This document shows positions 20,579-31,046 of a DNA stretch of 64,000 bases, piece after piece. The notes under the pieces were generated by a model. That model had not been told where the DNA came from. It saw only the letters and a program-made list of their open reading frames with translations, and did no database searches. Every line of letters starts with the position of its first letter. Positions within the stretch are counted from its first letter, which is position 1. The DNA comes from Bryobacterales bacterium (lineage in GTDB: Bacteria; Acidobacteriota; Terriglobia; Bryobacterales; Bryobacteraceae): contig JAXHKT010000046.1 of NCBI GenBank assembly GCA_034522975.1, positions 105,377-169,376 on the forward strand. Reading direction: 5' to 3'. Both the position numbers and the translations under genes were made by a program.

Positions 20579-21616
20579 TTACTCCGTCGGGGAAGACTGG
20601 CCGTCGCTCATCCTGCTGCCGGGCAGTCGGAAGAGCTGCTGGAAGCGAAAAAGGCGCTTCCAGGGAAGCGCCTTTCCGTGTTGCCTACTCTTCCGCGGGG
20701 CTCTCGTCGCGCTGCGGCGGTGTCGCCCACTTTGAAGCGGACGACAGCGCACTACGTCCAGTTCGTCGCCAAGCGACGCCGCTTTCTGTGAAACCAGTTG
20801 GTTCACAGTCAATGTATTCTCTTTGATGAAGGGCTGCTCAAGCAGGCAGATCTCTTCGTAGAATTTGGCCATCCGGCCTTCCACGATGCGGTCCACCATC
20901 TTCTCCGGCTTGCCCTCGGCGAGAGCCCGTCCACGCTGGATGTCTTTTTCTCTGTCGAGAACAGCAGCTTCGACATCTTCCTTGCGGATAAACATCGGAT
21001 CGGCAGCCGCCACCTGCATGGCCAGATCCTTCACCAACTCCTGGAAGTCCTCTTTCGAACTGGTCTCGGCCTTCTTGGCGCTGAGTTCGATCAACACGCC
21101 AAGCTGCGAGCCGGGGTGGATATAGAGGCCCAAGCCACCCGTTCCCGCCACGGCAAGGCGGGCAAGCCGGGGGATGCCCTGGTTCTCGCCGATCTTGGCA
21201 ATGCTGGCTGAGATTAGCTGGGCTACGGTGGTGGAAGGGTCCGCGATGTAGGGCTGCGCGTTCAGTTGTGCAAGGCCCTCGTCGCCTTCGGCATAGGGGC
21301 CGCTCTCGGCCACCTGCTTGGCGAGATTCGCGGCCATCGCCTGAAATTCTTCGGTGCGCGCCACGAAATCGCTTTCGCAGTTCACTTCGATCAGCACGCC
21401 CAGGGTGGCGTCGTCGTTCAGGTAGGAAGCGATCAAGCCCTGCCTGGTGGCGCGGCTGGATTTCTTCGCCGCGGCCGCGATGCCGCGCTTGCGCAGCACC
21501 ACTTCGGCTTCGGCCAGATCTCCGCTTGCTTCCACAAGCGCTTTCTTGCACTCCATCATGCCCGCGCCGGTGCGTTCACGGAGTTCTTTCACCAATTGAG
21601 CAGTAATTTCCGCCAT
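20579..21616 (-). CDS. tsf: elongation factor Ts; last ~25 codons out of frame (two apparent 1-nt insertions near 20745 and 20718-20723)
   Basis: [30 protein letters not shown]-like N-terminus and full EF-Ts core. After ...LGDELDVVR the frame becomes Arg-rich nonsense running to 20579. The corrected reading [20 protein letters not shown] stops at TAG 20685-20687, just before the terminator. Confidence 0.85.
   Translation of the reverse strand: MAEITAQLVKELRERTGAGMMECKKALVEASGDLAEAEVVLRKRGIAAAAKKSSRATRQGLIASYLNDDATLGVLIEVNCESDFVARTEEFQAMAANLAKQVAESGPYAEGDEGLAQLNAQPYIADPSTTVAQLISASIAKIGENQGIPRLARLAVAGTGGLGLYIHPGSQLGVLIELSAKKAETSSKEDFQELVKDLAMQVAAADPMFIRKEDVEAAVLDREKDIQRGRALAEGKPEKMVDRIVEGRMAKFYEEICLLEQPFIKENTLTVNQLVSQKAASLGDELDVVRCRPLQSGRHRRSATRAPRKSRQHGKALPWKRLFRFQQLFRLPGSRMSDGQSSPTE
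20648..20677 (-). terminator. rho-independent terminator downstream of the expected tsf stop
   Basis: The minus-strand RNA reads aaaggcgcuucc-cu-ggaagcgccuuu followed by uu(c)gcuu. The as-sequenced tsf ORF runs straight through it. Confidence 0.7.
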
Positions 21617-21679
21617 GCAGTCAGACCTCTGGGTTGGAAGCCCTCCCCTCATTCCTGATGGGGGAGGGCGCGTTAGCAA

Positions 21680-22600
21680 TTAGTCGTTGTCGTTGACGTC
21701 GTACTGAGAGTATTTGTCGTCTTCTTCCGCCGGCGGAGCCACGGCAGCAGCCGCTTCGGCCTCCACCGGTTCCGCGGCCGGACGCATTTCCGTGGAACGG
21801 GTGAGCGTCTCGGTCATCAACTGCCGCGAGTAATCCGGGTCCGTGTACTGGGTGTAATCGATCAGCTCTTCTTCACCCTCTTCGCCCGCCATCGCGGAGC
21901 CAAAATCCTGCTCCGTGGCCAGGGCACGGCCTTCCACGCAAGCATCGGCGATCTTGCTGGCAAAAAGTCGGATTGCACGCAGCGCATCGTCGTTGCCGGG
22001 GATCGGGTAGTCCACGTCTTCCGGGTTGCAATTCGTGTCGACGATGCCCACCACCGGGATGCCCAGCTTGCGGGCTTCGCGCACGGCAATATGCTCTTTG
22101 GACGAATCGATGACGAACATCACGTCGGGAAGGCCATTGAGATCCTTGATGCCGGCGAGGTTCTGTTCGAGCGACTTGCGCTCGCGTTCGAGCCGCACGA
22201 TTTCCTTCTTGGGGCGTCCGGCGTAGTCTTCCTCAGTCGCCATGCGGTCCAGCTCGCGCAACCGTTTGATGGATTGCTGGATGGTGATGTTGTTCGTCAG
22301 GAGCCCGCCGAGCCAGCGGTTGTTCACGTAGTACATCCCGCAGCGGCTGGCTTCCTCGGCGATGGCTTCCTGCGCCTGACGCTTCGTGCCAACAAAGAGC
22401 ACGCTCTTGCCCTGGATGGCCATTTCGCTCACGAAGCGCATGGCTTCCTTGAAGAGCTTTAGCGTCTTCTGGAGATCGACGATGTAAATGCCGTTGCGCT
22501 CACCGAAGATGTATTCCTTCATCTTCGGATTCCAGCGCTTGGTCTGATGCCCGAAGTGGACTCCCGCTTCGAGCAATTCCTTCATGGTGATTTGGGGCAC
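21680..22600 (-). CDS. rpsB: 30S ribosomal protein S2 (with acidic C-terminal extension)
   Basis: [22 protein letters not shown] signature. GTG start with gagga SD. Confidence 0.95.
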   Translation of the reverse strand: MPQITMKELLEAGVHFGHQTKRWNPKMKEYIFGERNGIYIVDLQKTLKLFKEAMRFVSEMAIQGKSVLFVGTKRQAQEAIAEEASRCGMYYVNNRWLGGLLTNNITIQQSIKRLRELDRMATEEDYAGRPKKEIVRLERERKSLEQNLAGIKDLNGLPDVMFVIDSSKEHIAVREARKLGIPVVGIVDTNCNPEDVDYPIPGNDDALRAIRLFASKIADACVEGRALATEQDFGSAMAGEEGEEELIDYTQYTDPDYSRQLMTETLTRSTEMRPAAEPVEAEAAAAVAPPAEEDDKYSQYDVNDND

Positions 22601-22799
22601 TGTTCTATATCCTCGCTAACTTTTCTGGCAAAGTTACGGCGGACGCACAAATCCATGACAAGGGCAGCGTAGGGACGATGCCGGTGGAACGGAGGCGGCC
22701 CCGAAGGCACCGCCGGCGTCTCATCGAACGATTGGCCGGGCACGAGTGAGCGCCACGGCGGATCGTCGAAAATCGTGGGAGCGTTTGCCGCGATCCCAC

Positions 22800-22838
22800 A
22801 GAAAACCAAGGCAAGCCGCGGCACGCGCCGCGGCTTGC
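22800..22838 (-). terminator. putative terminator after rpsI
   Basis: 11-bp palindromic stem gcaagccgcgg/ccgcggcttgc (22811-22838), followed on the minus strand by cuugguuuuc. Confidence 0.5.
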
Positions 22839-22854
22839 AAAACTCTCAAAACTT

Positions 22855-23253
22855 CTAGCGCTTGGAGAACTGGAAGCGCTTACGGGCGCCCTTCTGGCCG
22901 TACTTCTTCCGCTCATGCTGGCGGGGATCCCGGCTGAGAAAGCCACTCGTCTTGAGCTTGCTGCGCAGTTCCGGATTAAACACACACAAGGCGCGGGCGA
23001 TGCCCAGACGGGCGGCGCCGGCTTGTCCAACCACTCCGCCACCGTGGGCGTTGATCAACACGTCGAAGCGGTCCGACATCTCCACAGCCTGCAGAGGCTG
23101 CTTCACCATCAGACGGGCCATCTCCGAAGGAAAATAGTCCGCAATGCCGCGGCCGTTCACCACCAGCTTGCCTTCGCCCGGCCGCAGAAATACGCGTGCG
23201 ATTGCCGACTTCCGCCGGCCTGTACCCAAATATTGAACAAACGCGGGTGCCAC
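22855..23253 (-). CDS. rpsI: 30S ribosomal protein S9
   Basis: [12 protein letters not shown]... and C-terminal [17 protein letters not shown]. Confidence 0.95.
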   Translation of the reverse strand: MAPAFVQYLGTGRRKSAIARVFLRPGEGKLVVNGRGIADYFPSEMARLMVKQPLQAVEMSDRFDVLINAHGGGVVGQAGAARLGIARALCVFNPELRSKLKTSGFLSRDPRQHERKKYGQKGARKRFQFSKR

Positions 23254-23339
23254 TCAAGCTCCTTTTTCTGACTCGAACTCAACTTAAATTCGTCATCCCC
23301 GCAATGCCACATCGGCCTTCGGGGAAAATGCGCCAACGC

Positions 23340-23774
23340 CTATTCGGCGGCGGCCAGTTCCATTGGCTTCTGGGCCTGTTGCTTGTGCGTGGGGCCAGGA
23401 TAAACGCGAAGCTTGGTGAGCATGTGCTTGCCCAGCTTGGTCTTCGGGAGCATCCCGCCCACAGCCAGCAGCAACATCCGGTCGGGCCGGGTCGCCTTCA
23501 TCTTGGTCGCGCCCACTTCCACCAGTCCGCCGGGATAACCCGAATGCGAACGGTAGACTTTCTGCTGCAGCTTGTTGCCGGTAAGCCGAATCTTGGAGGC
23601 GTTCACCACCACCACATGGTCGCCGGTATCCATAAACGGCGTGTAGGTGGGCTTGTGTTTGCCCATTAGAATGCGGGCAATCTGGGACGCCAAGCGCCCC
23701 AATACCGCATCGGTGGCATCAATGATGTGCCATTCCTTCTGCGGCAAACCTTTGGGAAATGTTGTCGTTTTCAT
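23340..23774 (-). CDS. rplM: 50S ribosomal protein L13
   Basis: Internal ATG at 23774 with gaaggag SD. KEWHIIDATDAVLGRLASQIARILMGKHKPTYTP signature. The longer ORF-track start is upstream noise. Confidence 0.95.
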   Translation of the reverse strand: MKTTTFPKGLPQKEWHIIDATDAVLGRLASQIARILMGKHKPTYTPFMDTGDHVVVVNASKIRLTGNKLQQKVYRSHSGYPGGLVEVGATKMKATRPDRMLLLAVGGMLPKTKLGKHMLTKLRVYPGPTHKQQAQKPMELAAAE

Positions 23775-24251
23775 GGCTCGGCGCGGCTCTCCTTCAGGAC
23801 GTGTATCTGCAAACGGAACCTTACAGTGAAAGAGACAAACCGGTTCGGCTGATTGAGTGAAACTCAACAATGCCAAATCAAGCGTTGCCCCTGCGTGTAT
23901 TAGGTGCGCGGCGAGCGCCGCCCAGACCCGATGCCGGCAAAACCGGCACCAACGAATCGACGAAGCCAACGGCCAAATCCAATCGGACCGGCGAGAAGAA
24001 TACCTCGCTGCCGACCATTCTCGGCCACACTCCGCCCTGTAAGGACGCCATCTACCAGTAGAACACGCCCTTGGCTAGCTTGGCAAACACAATTGTCCAA
24101 TACGGGAAGAGCCAGAAGCGGTAGGCGCAAAAGGACGATGAATTTGGTTGGAGCAAGCGGCGCGGCGTGTACGCGAGGCTTCGGCAAGCAGCCCTGCGGG
24201 GGCAATTCGTCTGGAGGCTTGGTTGCGAAAGAGATGCTCCCGGTGAGAAAC

Positions 24252-24638
24252 CTACCGGAAACTCTCGCCGAAAACCAGCACATGGCCGTCGGGATCGAGC
24301 AATTCGAATTCGTCCATCGCTGCGCGGTTGGCCTGAATAGGACTGGGCTGTCCGCCAGCTTCGAGAATCTTCTCACGAACGTCGCGGACACCTTCCACAA
24401 AGAAGTAGTAGGCAGCCTTGCGATCGCGGCTGGTGATGTCGATGGCGTCCGGTGCCTCGCCCGAAGCGGTGATGATCATCTCCGCGTCTCCGAGTCGCAT
24501 ATAAAGCCAGTCGTCACTTCCACGGTGCTCGGTGCGGTCCACCACTTCAAAGCCGAGGATATTCTTGTAAAAGTGCAGAGAACGAGCAAAATCGGCGCTC
24601 AACAGTATCGGCACCACTCTTATCATCGTTGCGATCAT
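24252..24638 (-). CDS. VOC (glyoxalase/bleomycin-resistance) family protein
   Basis: VPILLSADFARSLHFYKNILGFEV... and ELLDPDGHVLVF typical of the VOC fold. Start taken at MIATMIRV. Confidence 0.7.
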   Translation of the reverse strand: MIATMIRVVPILLSADFARSLHFYKNILGFEVVDRTEHRGSDDWLYMRLGDAEMIITASGEAPDAIDITSRDRKAAYYFFVEGVRDVREKILEAGGQPSPIQANRAAMDEFELLDPDGHVLVFGESFR

Positions 24639-25052
24639 AGGGAGCACCTCCTGATTGGCTCCGGTCGCAGCAACCCCGTAAAAACGGATCCCGCGACCGG
24701 CGCGCGACGGGACAAAGAAACTCGGCATAAGTTGCCGTGCGGGGGCCGAGGGGCATATCGGGGGAGTGACTGCCTTGAGATCAGCAGGCGATGTGCGGGT
24801 TGCTTGCTAGAGGACTCGGCCACAACCCACGCCCGTGATCGGCGCCCCGTTTCGGCCCGGTTCCGCACGGCAAACCGGATTCGTTATCCGGCTCCAGTTT
24901 AACTCCGAAACGCAAAAAAAGACCCTTTGTTTTCGAAACTATTTCTTGCAAACCAGGGAGACTGTCTCCGCCCGAAACAATTTCGCTGAAGGTGCTCTGC
25001 GGCAATACTCAAGATCGCGCACGATGGCTGGCGATATGCTGGTCTCAATGGC

Positions 25053-25910
25053 ATGATTCGCTTTTCTCCATATCCAGCGGGCGCGGAAGGCACGCCCTCC
25101 CCACGTTGCCTGATCGCCGCGAGTGTTTGGCTGCTGGCAAGCGCCGCGATTTCGTTTGCCCAAACTCCCGCGGCACAAGCGATCGATCACGGCGTTGCGG
25201 CGATGGGGCAAGGCGATTTCGCGGGTGCCGAGCAGGCTTTCCGTCGAGCAGTGGAGGCAGAGCCGAAGAACGCGCGGGCATGGAAAGCGCTGGGTGTGGC
25301 CTTTGCCGCGCAAGGCGTCCACGCCGAGGCGAGCGAGCCGTTTTCCAAGGCCTGTGCGCTGGACCGCAAGGAAGCGGACGCCTGTTACTACCTGGCCCGC
25401 AATCACTATCTGCTGAACCGGTTTGCGGAATCCCTGGCGATTTTCGACAAGCTGGCGCGAGACGCGAAAGGCGACTGGCGTTTTGCGAACGGAAGGGGCC
25501 TGGCGCTGCTTGCGATGGCGCGTTATCCGGAGGCGGAGGAAGCCTTTCAACGGGCGATTGACACCGAGGGTGGCAGGACGTCTCAACGCGGTGGGGCGTC
25601 GCCGGACGAAGACCCTAGTGTGAACCTTGGCAACCTGTATTCGCGCTCCGGCCAGCCGGAAAAGGCGCGCGACGTGTTGCGGGCGTTCCTGCGGAGAAAG
25701 CCGGCGGCGGCGCGCGGGTGGTTTGAGTTGGGGAAGGTGGAATTGCAGCTTGGCTTGCTCGACGAAGCCCGCGCTTCGCTTCTCAGCGCGCTGCAGACCA
25801 GACCACAATATCGCGAGGCCCATCTACTTCTCTCAAAGGTCTACGGAAGATTGGGCGATGGAGCGAAGGCCGAAGAGCAGCGCAATCTGGGGCTGGCGCG
25901 GCAGCCATAG
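25053..25910 (+). CDS. secreted TPR-repeat protein
   Basis: Signal-like N-terminus followed by several A..A...AL...P TPR repeats. Confidence 0.7.
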   Translation: MIRFSPYPAGAEGTPSPRCLIAASVWLLASAAISFAQTPAAQAIDHGVAAMGQGDFAGAEQAFRRAVEAEPKNARAWKALGVAFAAQGVHAEASEPFSKACALDRKEADACYYLARNHYLLNRFAESLAIFDKLARDAKGDWRFANGRGLALLAMARYPEAEEAFQRAIDTEGGRTSQRGGASPDEDPSVNLGNLYSRSGQPEKARDVLRAFLRRKPAAARGWFELGKVELQLGLLDEARASLLSALQTRPQYREAHLLLSKVYGRLGDGAKAEEQRNLGLARQP

Positions 25911-25933
25911 CCGCGAACGTTGGCCGAACCGGG

Positions 25934-27628
25934 TTACTGCCCGCGAACCAGACGATGCCACTCGTCAACGGCGGGGCCGGGGCGCTCTTCAAGGGTGCCA
26001 TCGGGCCACTGAATGGTGATTCGCTCGATGCGCTCCGCGGCCCCAAGGCCGAAGTGGATGCGGGAATCGCTTTGGCTCAGGTAGCCCGAGGCGCCATTGC
26101 TCGAGTTCAACAGCTTGCGGTCAGCCGGGATGTGCAGTGTGATCGATGCGCCGATGGCGCGGTGGTTGGGACCGGGCTGGCGAAGGTCAAAGCCAATCCA
26201 ATGATGCGCGGCCGGGCAGCGATTCTCAATCAGCAGCGGCGTGGCACCAAGGCGGCTGAGCGCTGCGTCCACACAACCGTCGTTGTTGAAATCCGCAAAG
26301 GCGGCGCCGCGGTGCAAGGCGACGCTCAGCTCCGCCAATCCCGTGGCTTCGGTAACGTCTTCAAAGGCATTCCCTTCCCGGTTCCGAAGCAGGCGGTTGG
26401 GCTGACGAGAGGCGCGGCTGGAATACTGCTCGGTGTTGGAGTTCACGTCGCCGCCGGCAACGAAAAGGTCTTTCCATCCATCGTTGTCGAAATCCTGGAC
26501 GCCGACGCTCCAGCCCGTGTGCGGGAGACTGGCTTTGCCGATGCCGCTGGGGTAAGTGATCTCAGCAAAGATGCGTTTGCCGAGGTTGCGAAAGAGCGGC
26601 CAGGTCTCATTGGTGAGGGCGGAGAAAAACACATCGGGAAGGCCGTCGTTATCGATGTCGCGCAGGTCGGCGCCCATTGAGGAAAGAGCCAGGCCGTCGT
26701 CGTTCAAGGCCACGCCGGATTCGAAGGCGCCTTCCCGGAATGTGCCGTCGCCATTATTGAAGAAGAGCGAATTCGGTACCGTATCGTTGCCCACGAAAAC
26801 ATCCGGCCAGCCATCCCGGTCGACATCCGCAATGCTGAGGCCCATGCCCTTCCCGATGGAGGTCGCGATACCCGTTTGCGCCGAAACATCGGTGAATGTC
26901 CCGTCGTTGTTGTTGCGAAAAAGCTGGTTGGGCAGGCCTTCGTAGAGCTTCGGGTGGCAGTAGGTGGCAACCTTCCGCAGCATGTCGCCACAGGATGGCT
27001 CAGCGGCGGGATCCCAATGGACGTAGTTCGCGATAAAGAGATCGAGATCGCCGTCGCGGTCATGGTCAAGCCATCCGGCGGAGACCGCCCATCGCTCCTT
27101 ACCCTTAGCCACCGCCACGCCGGCCTTCACGGTGACGTCTTCAAACGTGCCGTCGCCCCGGTTGCGATACAACGTGTTGCCGCGAACGCCGGTGACGAAA
27201 AGATCGATGAACCCGTCGCCATCAAAGTCGGCGGTAGCGGCGCCCATCCCATAGCCGCCGCCAGAGACCCCGGCGCGCTCGGTGACGTCTTCAAACACCC
27301 AGTTGCCTTTGTTGCGATAGAGCCGGTTCCACCATGCCGCGCTGGGCTTTTCAAGCGAGGGAACTTTGGCCCCGTTGACGAAGAAGAGGTCGAGCAGACC
27401 GTCGTTGTCGAAATCGAAGATGGCCAGGCCGCCGGTCATCGTCTCAATCAAGTGGCGACGGTCCGAGGCGTCGTTGTGAAGAACGACAGCGAGGTTGCTG
27501 CCTGAAGAACGATCCACGAAGCGCGGCAATTCCGAAGCGGTCTGAGCGCTCGTCAGCAGGGGCAGGAACAAGGCGAGAAAAGCCAGTAGAAAGGAACGAG
27601 AGCCGCGCATTGCAATGGTTGAGAGCAT
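25934..27628 (-). CDS. FG-GAP/VCBS repeat protein with ASPIC/UnbV C-terminal domain (CRTAC1-like)
   Basis: Repeated DFDNDG.(L/P)D(L/V)F motifs and C-terminal SGYLSQSD..IHFGLG. Confidence 0.8.
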   Translation of the reverse strand: MLSTIAMRGSRSFLLAFLALFLPLLTSAQTASELPRFVDRSSGSNLAVVLHNDASDRRHLIETMTGGLAIFDFDNDGLLDLFFVNGAKVPSLEKPSAAWWNRLYRNKGNWVFEDVTERAGVSGGGYGMGAATADFDGDGFIDLFVTGVRGNTLYRNRGDGTFEDVTVKAGVAVAKGKERWAVSAGWLDHDRDGDLDLFIANYVHWDPAAEPSCGDMLRKVATYCHPKLYEGLPNQLFRNNNDGTFTDVSAQTGIATSIGKGMGLSIADVDRDGWPDVFVGNDTVPNSLFFNNGDGTFREGAFESGVALNDDGLALSSMGADLRDIDNDGLPDVFFSALTNETWPLFRNLGKRIFAEITYPSGIGKASLPHTGWSVGVQDFDNDGWKDLFVAGGDVNSNTEQYSSRASRQPNRLLRNREGNAFEDVTEATGLAELSVALHRGAAFADFNNDGCVDAALSRLGATPLLIENRCPAAHHWIGFDLRQPGPNHRAIGASITLHIPADRKLLNSSNGASGYLSQSDSRIHFGLGAAERIERITIQWPDGTLEERPGPAVDEWHRLVRGQ

Positions 27629-27687
27629 ATCGAACCGGGAACGATTCAGCCACTCTGCTTTGGCTGCAACTGTCCCGAAAGCAACGC

Positions 27688-29169
27688 TTAGTTTCTGGCT
27701 TCGCCACGGGATGCGGCTTCGGCGGCCCGCGCGTTCTTCAGATACTCCTTCACGTAGTTCTGAAGACGAAGCGGCACTTCATCGCGGCTGAGGTCGCCAC
27801 CCGAATCGCGGTGGGTGGCGCGGATGTTGCGCAGTTCGGTGTTCAGCGTCTGCTCTTTCTGCGCCTGCACCTCCACCTTCATATCGCCCTTCACCTGCTC
27901 GGCGCGATGGCCCAGGATCTCCGCGATCTTCCCCATCGCTTCGATCTGCCTGGCGGCGGCGAGATCTTTGTTGCCGTCCTCGGCACCCACGCTGGCCGGG
28001 GCGTCGGTGGCCTTCTCCGACGCGGCGGCGTTTGCCTGCTTGTTCACTTCCTGGGCGTTCTGGCCGCCTTGCCCTTGTTTGGAATTCTCATTGGCCTGGG
28101 CGTTCTCACTCTTCTGGTTGCCCTCGCGATCGCTCGAATCGTCAGACCCATCGCCCGCCTGATCGCCCTTCTTCTTCGCGTTCTCGTTCTTGCCCTGCTC
28201 ACCGCGCTGCTCCATGTTCTCGTTGTCGCGGTTGGCAAGCTTGTCGATCATATTATTCATCGCCTGCTGGAATTTGTCGAAGAGGCTGTTGCCCTTCTCC
28301 TCGCCCTTGCGCTGCTCCCCTTCCCGGCTCTTGCCGTCTTTGCTTTGGTTGCCGGGCTGGCGGCGAGGGTCCTGGGAGAGTTGCTCACGAAGGTTCGCGG
28401 CGGATTCCGATTCAGCGGATTCAGACTCCCCATCCTGCCCGGCCATATCGTCGCCAACGCTCACTCCAGTCACGGGAGGCATGTCGTTGTAGGTGCCGTC
28501 GAGCCGTTCGCGAGAAGGGTCGTAGGGCGGCTCATAGTCGGCAAGCGGAGACCGTGCCAAATCGGCTTCGGGCTTAAAGATCTCGTCGCCGGTCATCGGC
28601 GGTGGAGTGTCTTCGCCATCGATAAATGGGATGTGGAGCGAAGCAAGCTGTTCGCGAAAGTTAAGGGCGTCGGCGGAGAGATATCGATAGCCAAACAGAG
28701 CTACCGCGAAGATCAATAGCACCAGCGCCGCAAGGTGGGAGCGGCCCAATTGAAAGGGGAACGCATCGGAGATCGACACCTGACCGAGAGCGTCGGCGGC
28801 ATCCTGCCGCTGGCGCGCGATGAGGGGTTTGAGGCGCTGCAGGCGCGGAGAGTCTTCGGTCTCCACATGCTCAAAATGCCAAGCGGTGGAGATGGTATCG
28901 GGAAGGGAGAAACGACGGTCGAGCGCCTGCGCCGTCTGGTAGGCGTTCAGCCATTCGCGGCGCAAGCGCCAGACGATGAAGGCCAAACCCGCCAATGCCA
29001 GCAAGAGGATGGGGGCTGCGCTCAACACTTGCGCCCCGGCCAGCAAAAGCAGGCAAAACAACGCGGCCACCATCGCGAAGGCGGCACCCATGGCGCTCAC
29101 CAACACCACCAGGAAGCGGCGTTTCGCGGCGCGATGCAGAGTTTCGTTGAGCGAGTCTTGCGTGGCCAA
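27688..29169 (-). CDS. membrane protein with long acidic/Gln-Asn-rich low-complexity linker (DUF4175-like)
   Basis: TTG start with aggag SD. Two N-terminal TM helices plus a third, then E/D/Q/N/K-rich sequence. Family assignment is tentative. Confidence 0.5.
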   Translation of the reverse strand: MATQDSLNETLHRAAKRRFLVVLVSAMGAAFAMVAALFCLLLLAGAQVLSAAPILLLALAGLAFIVWRLRREWLNAYQTAQALDRRFSLPDTISTAWHFEHVETEDSPRLQRLKPLIARQRQDAADALGQVSISDAFPFQLGRSHLAALVLLIFAVALFGYRYLSADALNFREQLASLHIPFIDGEDTPPPMTGDEIFKPEADLARSPLADYEPPYDPSRERLDGTYNDMPPVTGVSVGDDMAGQDGESESAESESAANLREQLSQDPRRQPGNQSKDGKSREGEQRKGEEKGNSLFDKFQQAMNNMIDKLANRDNENMEQRGEQGKNENAKKKGDQAGDGSDDSSDREGNQKSENAQANENSKQGQGGQNAQEVNKQANAAASEKATDAPASVGAEDGNKDLAAARQIEAMGKIAEILGHRAEQVKGDMKVEVQAQKEQTLNTELRNIRATHRDSGGDLSRDEVPLRLQNYVKEYLKNARAAEAASRGEARN

Positions 29170-29332
29170 TGAATCTCCTGGGGGAACGACGGCTGTAGTC
29201 CCATTGTAGCGCCCGGCGGATTCCTAATTGGGCGGCACCGGCGGCGGACGCCGTCAACGGAAAATCCAACCGGGAATCCCGGATATAGTGGAAGCGTGCG
29301 CCGGTCTCCAGCGGCGCGAAGGGAACTCCACC

Positions 29333-30829
29333 ATGCGCACTCTTTGCTGCCTTTTCGCACTCTTCATTTCCGGCTGCGGCGCCGCGCTCTCCGCCCCGGC
29401 GGCCGGCCCGTGGATATCGCTCTTTGATGGCAAAACGCTTCAAGGATGGAAGGCGAATGAGAATGCCGACACGTTTCGCGTGGAGAAAGGCAGCATTGTG
29501 GCCAGCGGCCCGCGCTCGCATCTTTTCTACGTAGGCCCCGGCGGCGACGCCACGTTCCGCAACTTTGAGTTTGAAGCGGAAGCGATGACCGAGCCCGGCG
29601 CAAATTCCGGCATCTACTTCCATACCGCGTTCCAGCAGAAGGGCTGGCCATCGCAGGGCTTCGAAGTGCAGGTGAACAGTAGCCACCTGGGCGAGGGCAA
29701 TTATCGGGAAAGGAAGAAGACCGGCTCGCTCTATGGGATTCGCAATCAGTACAAGGCGCTGGCCAATGACGGAGAGTGGGTGAAGCTGAGCATCCGCGTG
29801 GAAGACAAGCGCGTGCAGGTGCGCGTGAACGGAATTCTGACGGTCGACTACGTGGAGCCCATCCCCCCCGTGGAGCAGCCGGGCGATGCCGCCGGACGCG
29901 TAATTGGCGACGGCACCTTTGCCCTGCAAGGCCACGATGCGCACTCCACGGCACGCTTTCGCAATTTGCGCGTGCGGCGGCTTCCGGACTCCCTGAAGAC
30001 GCCCGCCAGCGAACTGCCTGTGGTGGACCAAACCTACCGCAAGATCCTGGAACTCAGCCGCGCGAACGTGCCCGTTGTCGATTACCATACTCACCTGAAG
30101 GGCACCCTCACTCTGGAGGACCTGCTCCAACGGACTTACCGCGATGGCATCTATGCGGGCATCGCCGTGAATGGCGGCAAGGGTTTCCCCATTGAATCCG
30201 ATGCGGGAGTGGAGGCGTTCCGTAAGAGCATGGAAGGTAAGGCGGTGTTCATCGCCATGCAGGCCGAGGGTCGCGAATGGGTGGAGTTGTTCAGCCCGCA
30301 AGCCGTGGCGAAGTTCGATTACGTTTTCACCGATTCGATGACCTGGACCGACGACAGCGGAAAGCGGATGCGGCTATGGATGCCCAACGAAGTGGGCGAG
30401 ATCAAGGACCCGCAAGCGTTCATGGATACGCTGGTTGCTCGCACGGTGCGCATTCTCTCTGAAGAGCCGGTGGACATCTACGTAAATCCCACGTTCCTGC
30501 CAGCAGCCATCGCGGCCAACTACGACCAACTCTGGACGTCCGGTCGCATGGACAAGGTGATCGCGGCGGCGAAGCAACATGAGGTTGCCATTGAGATCAA
30601 CAATCGCTATCGCATCCCCAGCGAGGCGTTCTTGAGCAGGGCCAAGGATGCGGGCGTTCTATTCACCTGCGGCACGAACAACGGAGGCGCGGAGGACCTG
30701 AAGAGGATGGAGTATTGCCTGGAGATCATCGGCAAGCTCGATCTGAAATGGCAGAATTTCTGGGTGCCGGGAGTTTATGGCGAGAAGGCCGCTTTGCGAA
30801 AGCCCTGGCCGAAACGCGCGATCCAGTAG
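29333..30829 (+). CDS. secreted DUF1080 (3-keto-disaccharide hydrolase-like) domain fused to a PHP/metal-dependent phosphoesterase-like domain
   Basis: Signal peptide MRTLCCLFALFISGC. DUF1080 pattern WISLFDGKTLQGWK...FEFEAE...NSGIYFH. The C-terminal half starts with VVDYHTHLKG. Confidence 0.7.
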   Translation: MRTLCCLFALFISGCGAALSAPAAGPWISLFDGKTLQGWKANENADTFRVEKGSIVASGPRSHLFYVGPGGDATFRNFEFEAEAMTEPGANSGIYFHTAFQQKGWPSQGFEVQVNSSHLGEGNYRERKKTGSLYGIRNQYKALANDGEWVKLSIRVEDKRVQVRVNGILTVDYVEPIPPVEQPGDAAGRVIGDGTFALQGHDAHSTARFRNLRVRRLPDSLKTPASELPVVDQTYRKILELSRANVPVVDYHTHLKGTLTLEDLLQRTYRDGIYAGIAVNGGKGFPIESDAGVEAFRKSMEGKAVFIAMQAEGREWVELFSPQAVAKFDYVFTDSMTWTDDSGKRMRLWMPNEVGEIKDPQAFMDTLVARTVRILSEEPVDIYVNPTFLPAAIAANYDQLWTSGRMDKVIAAAKQHEVAIEINNRYRIPSEAFLSRAKDAGVLFTCGTNNGGAEDLKRMEYCLEIIGKLDLKWQNFWVPGVYGEKAALRKPWPKRAIQ

Positions 30830-31046
30830 CGCACCTATCCATGGATGGCACTTCGATGGTTGCGATCGCCCCCCCACCAACACAGTCCTATTGCCGTGTG
30901 CAGCCGCTCCCGTCAAGCGCCATCCAGGCGGCAACCGGGTGAACGGCGAGCGATCAAGCGGGAGTTGTCAACGGGCAATCAATCAGGTAACTTCAAAAAC
31001 TCCCCGCGCGGTCCGTCGTGCGGCGCGGAAAGGCCGAAAGGAATCG

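Noticed and set aside
23775-24251. A gene-free gap of about 480 nt containing a short hydrophobic reading frame (..YRFWLFPYWTIVFAKLAKGVFYW) that ends at a TAG and is followed by a 57-aa ATG ORF (23878-24051).
   Set aside because: There is no convincing start codon or SD for the hydrophobic part and no family resemblance. The region more likely holds the rplM-rpsI promoter and leader.
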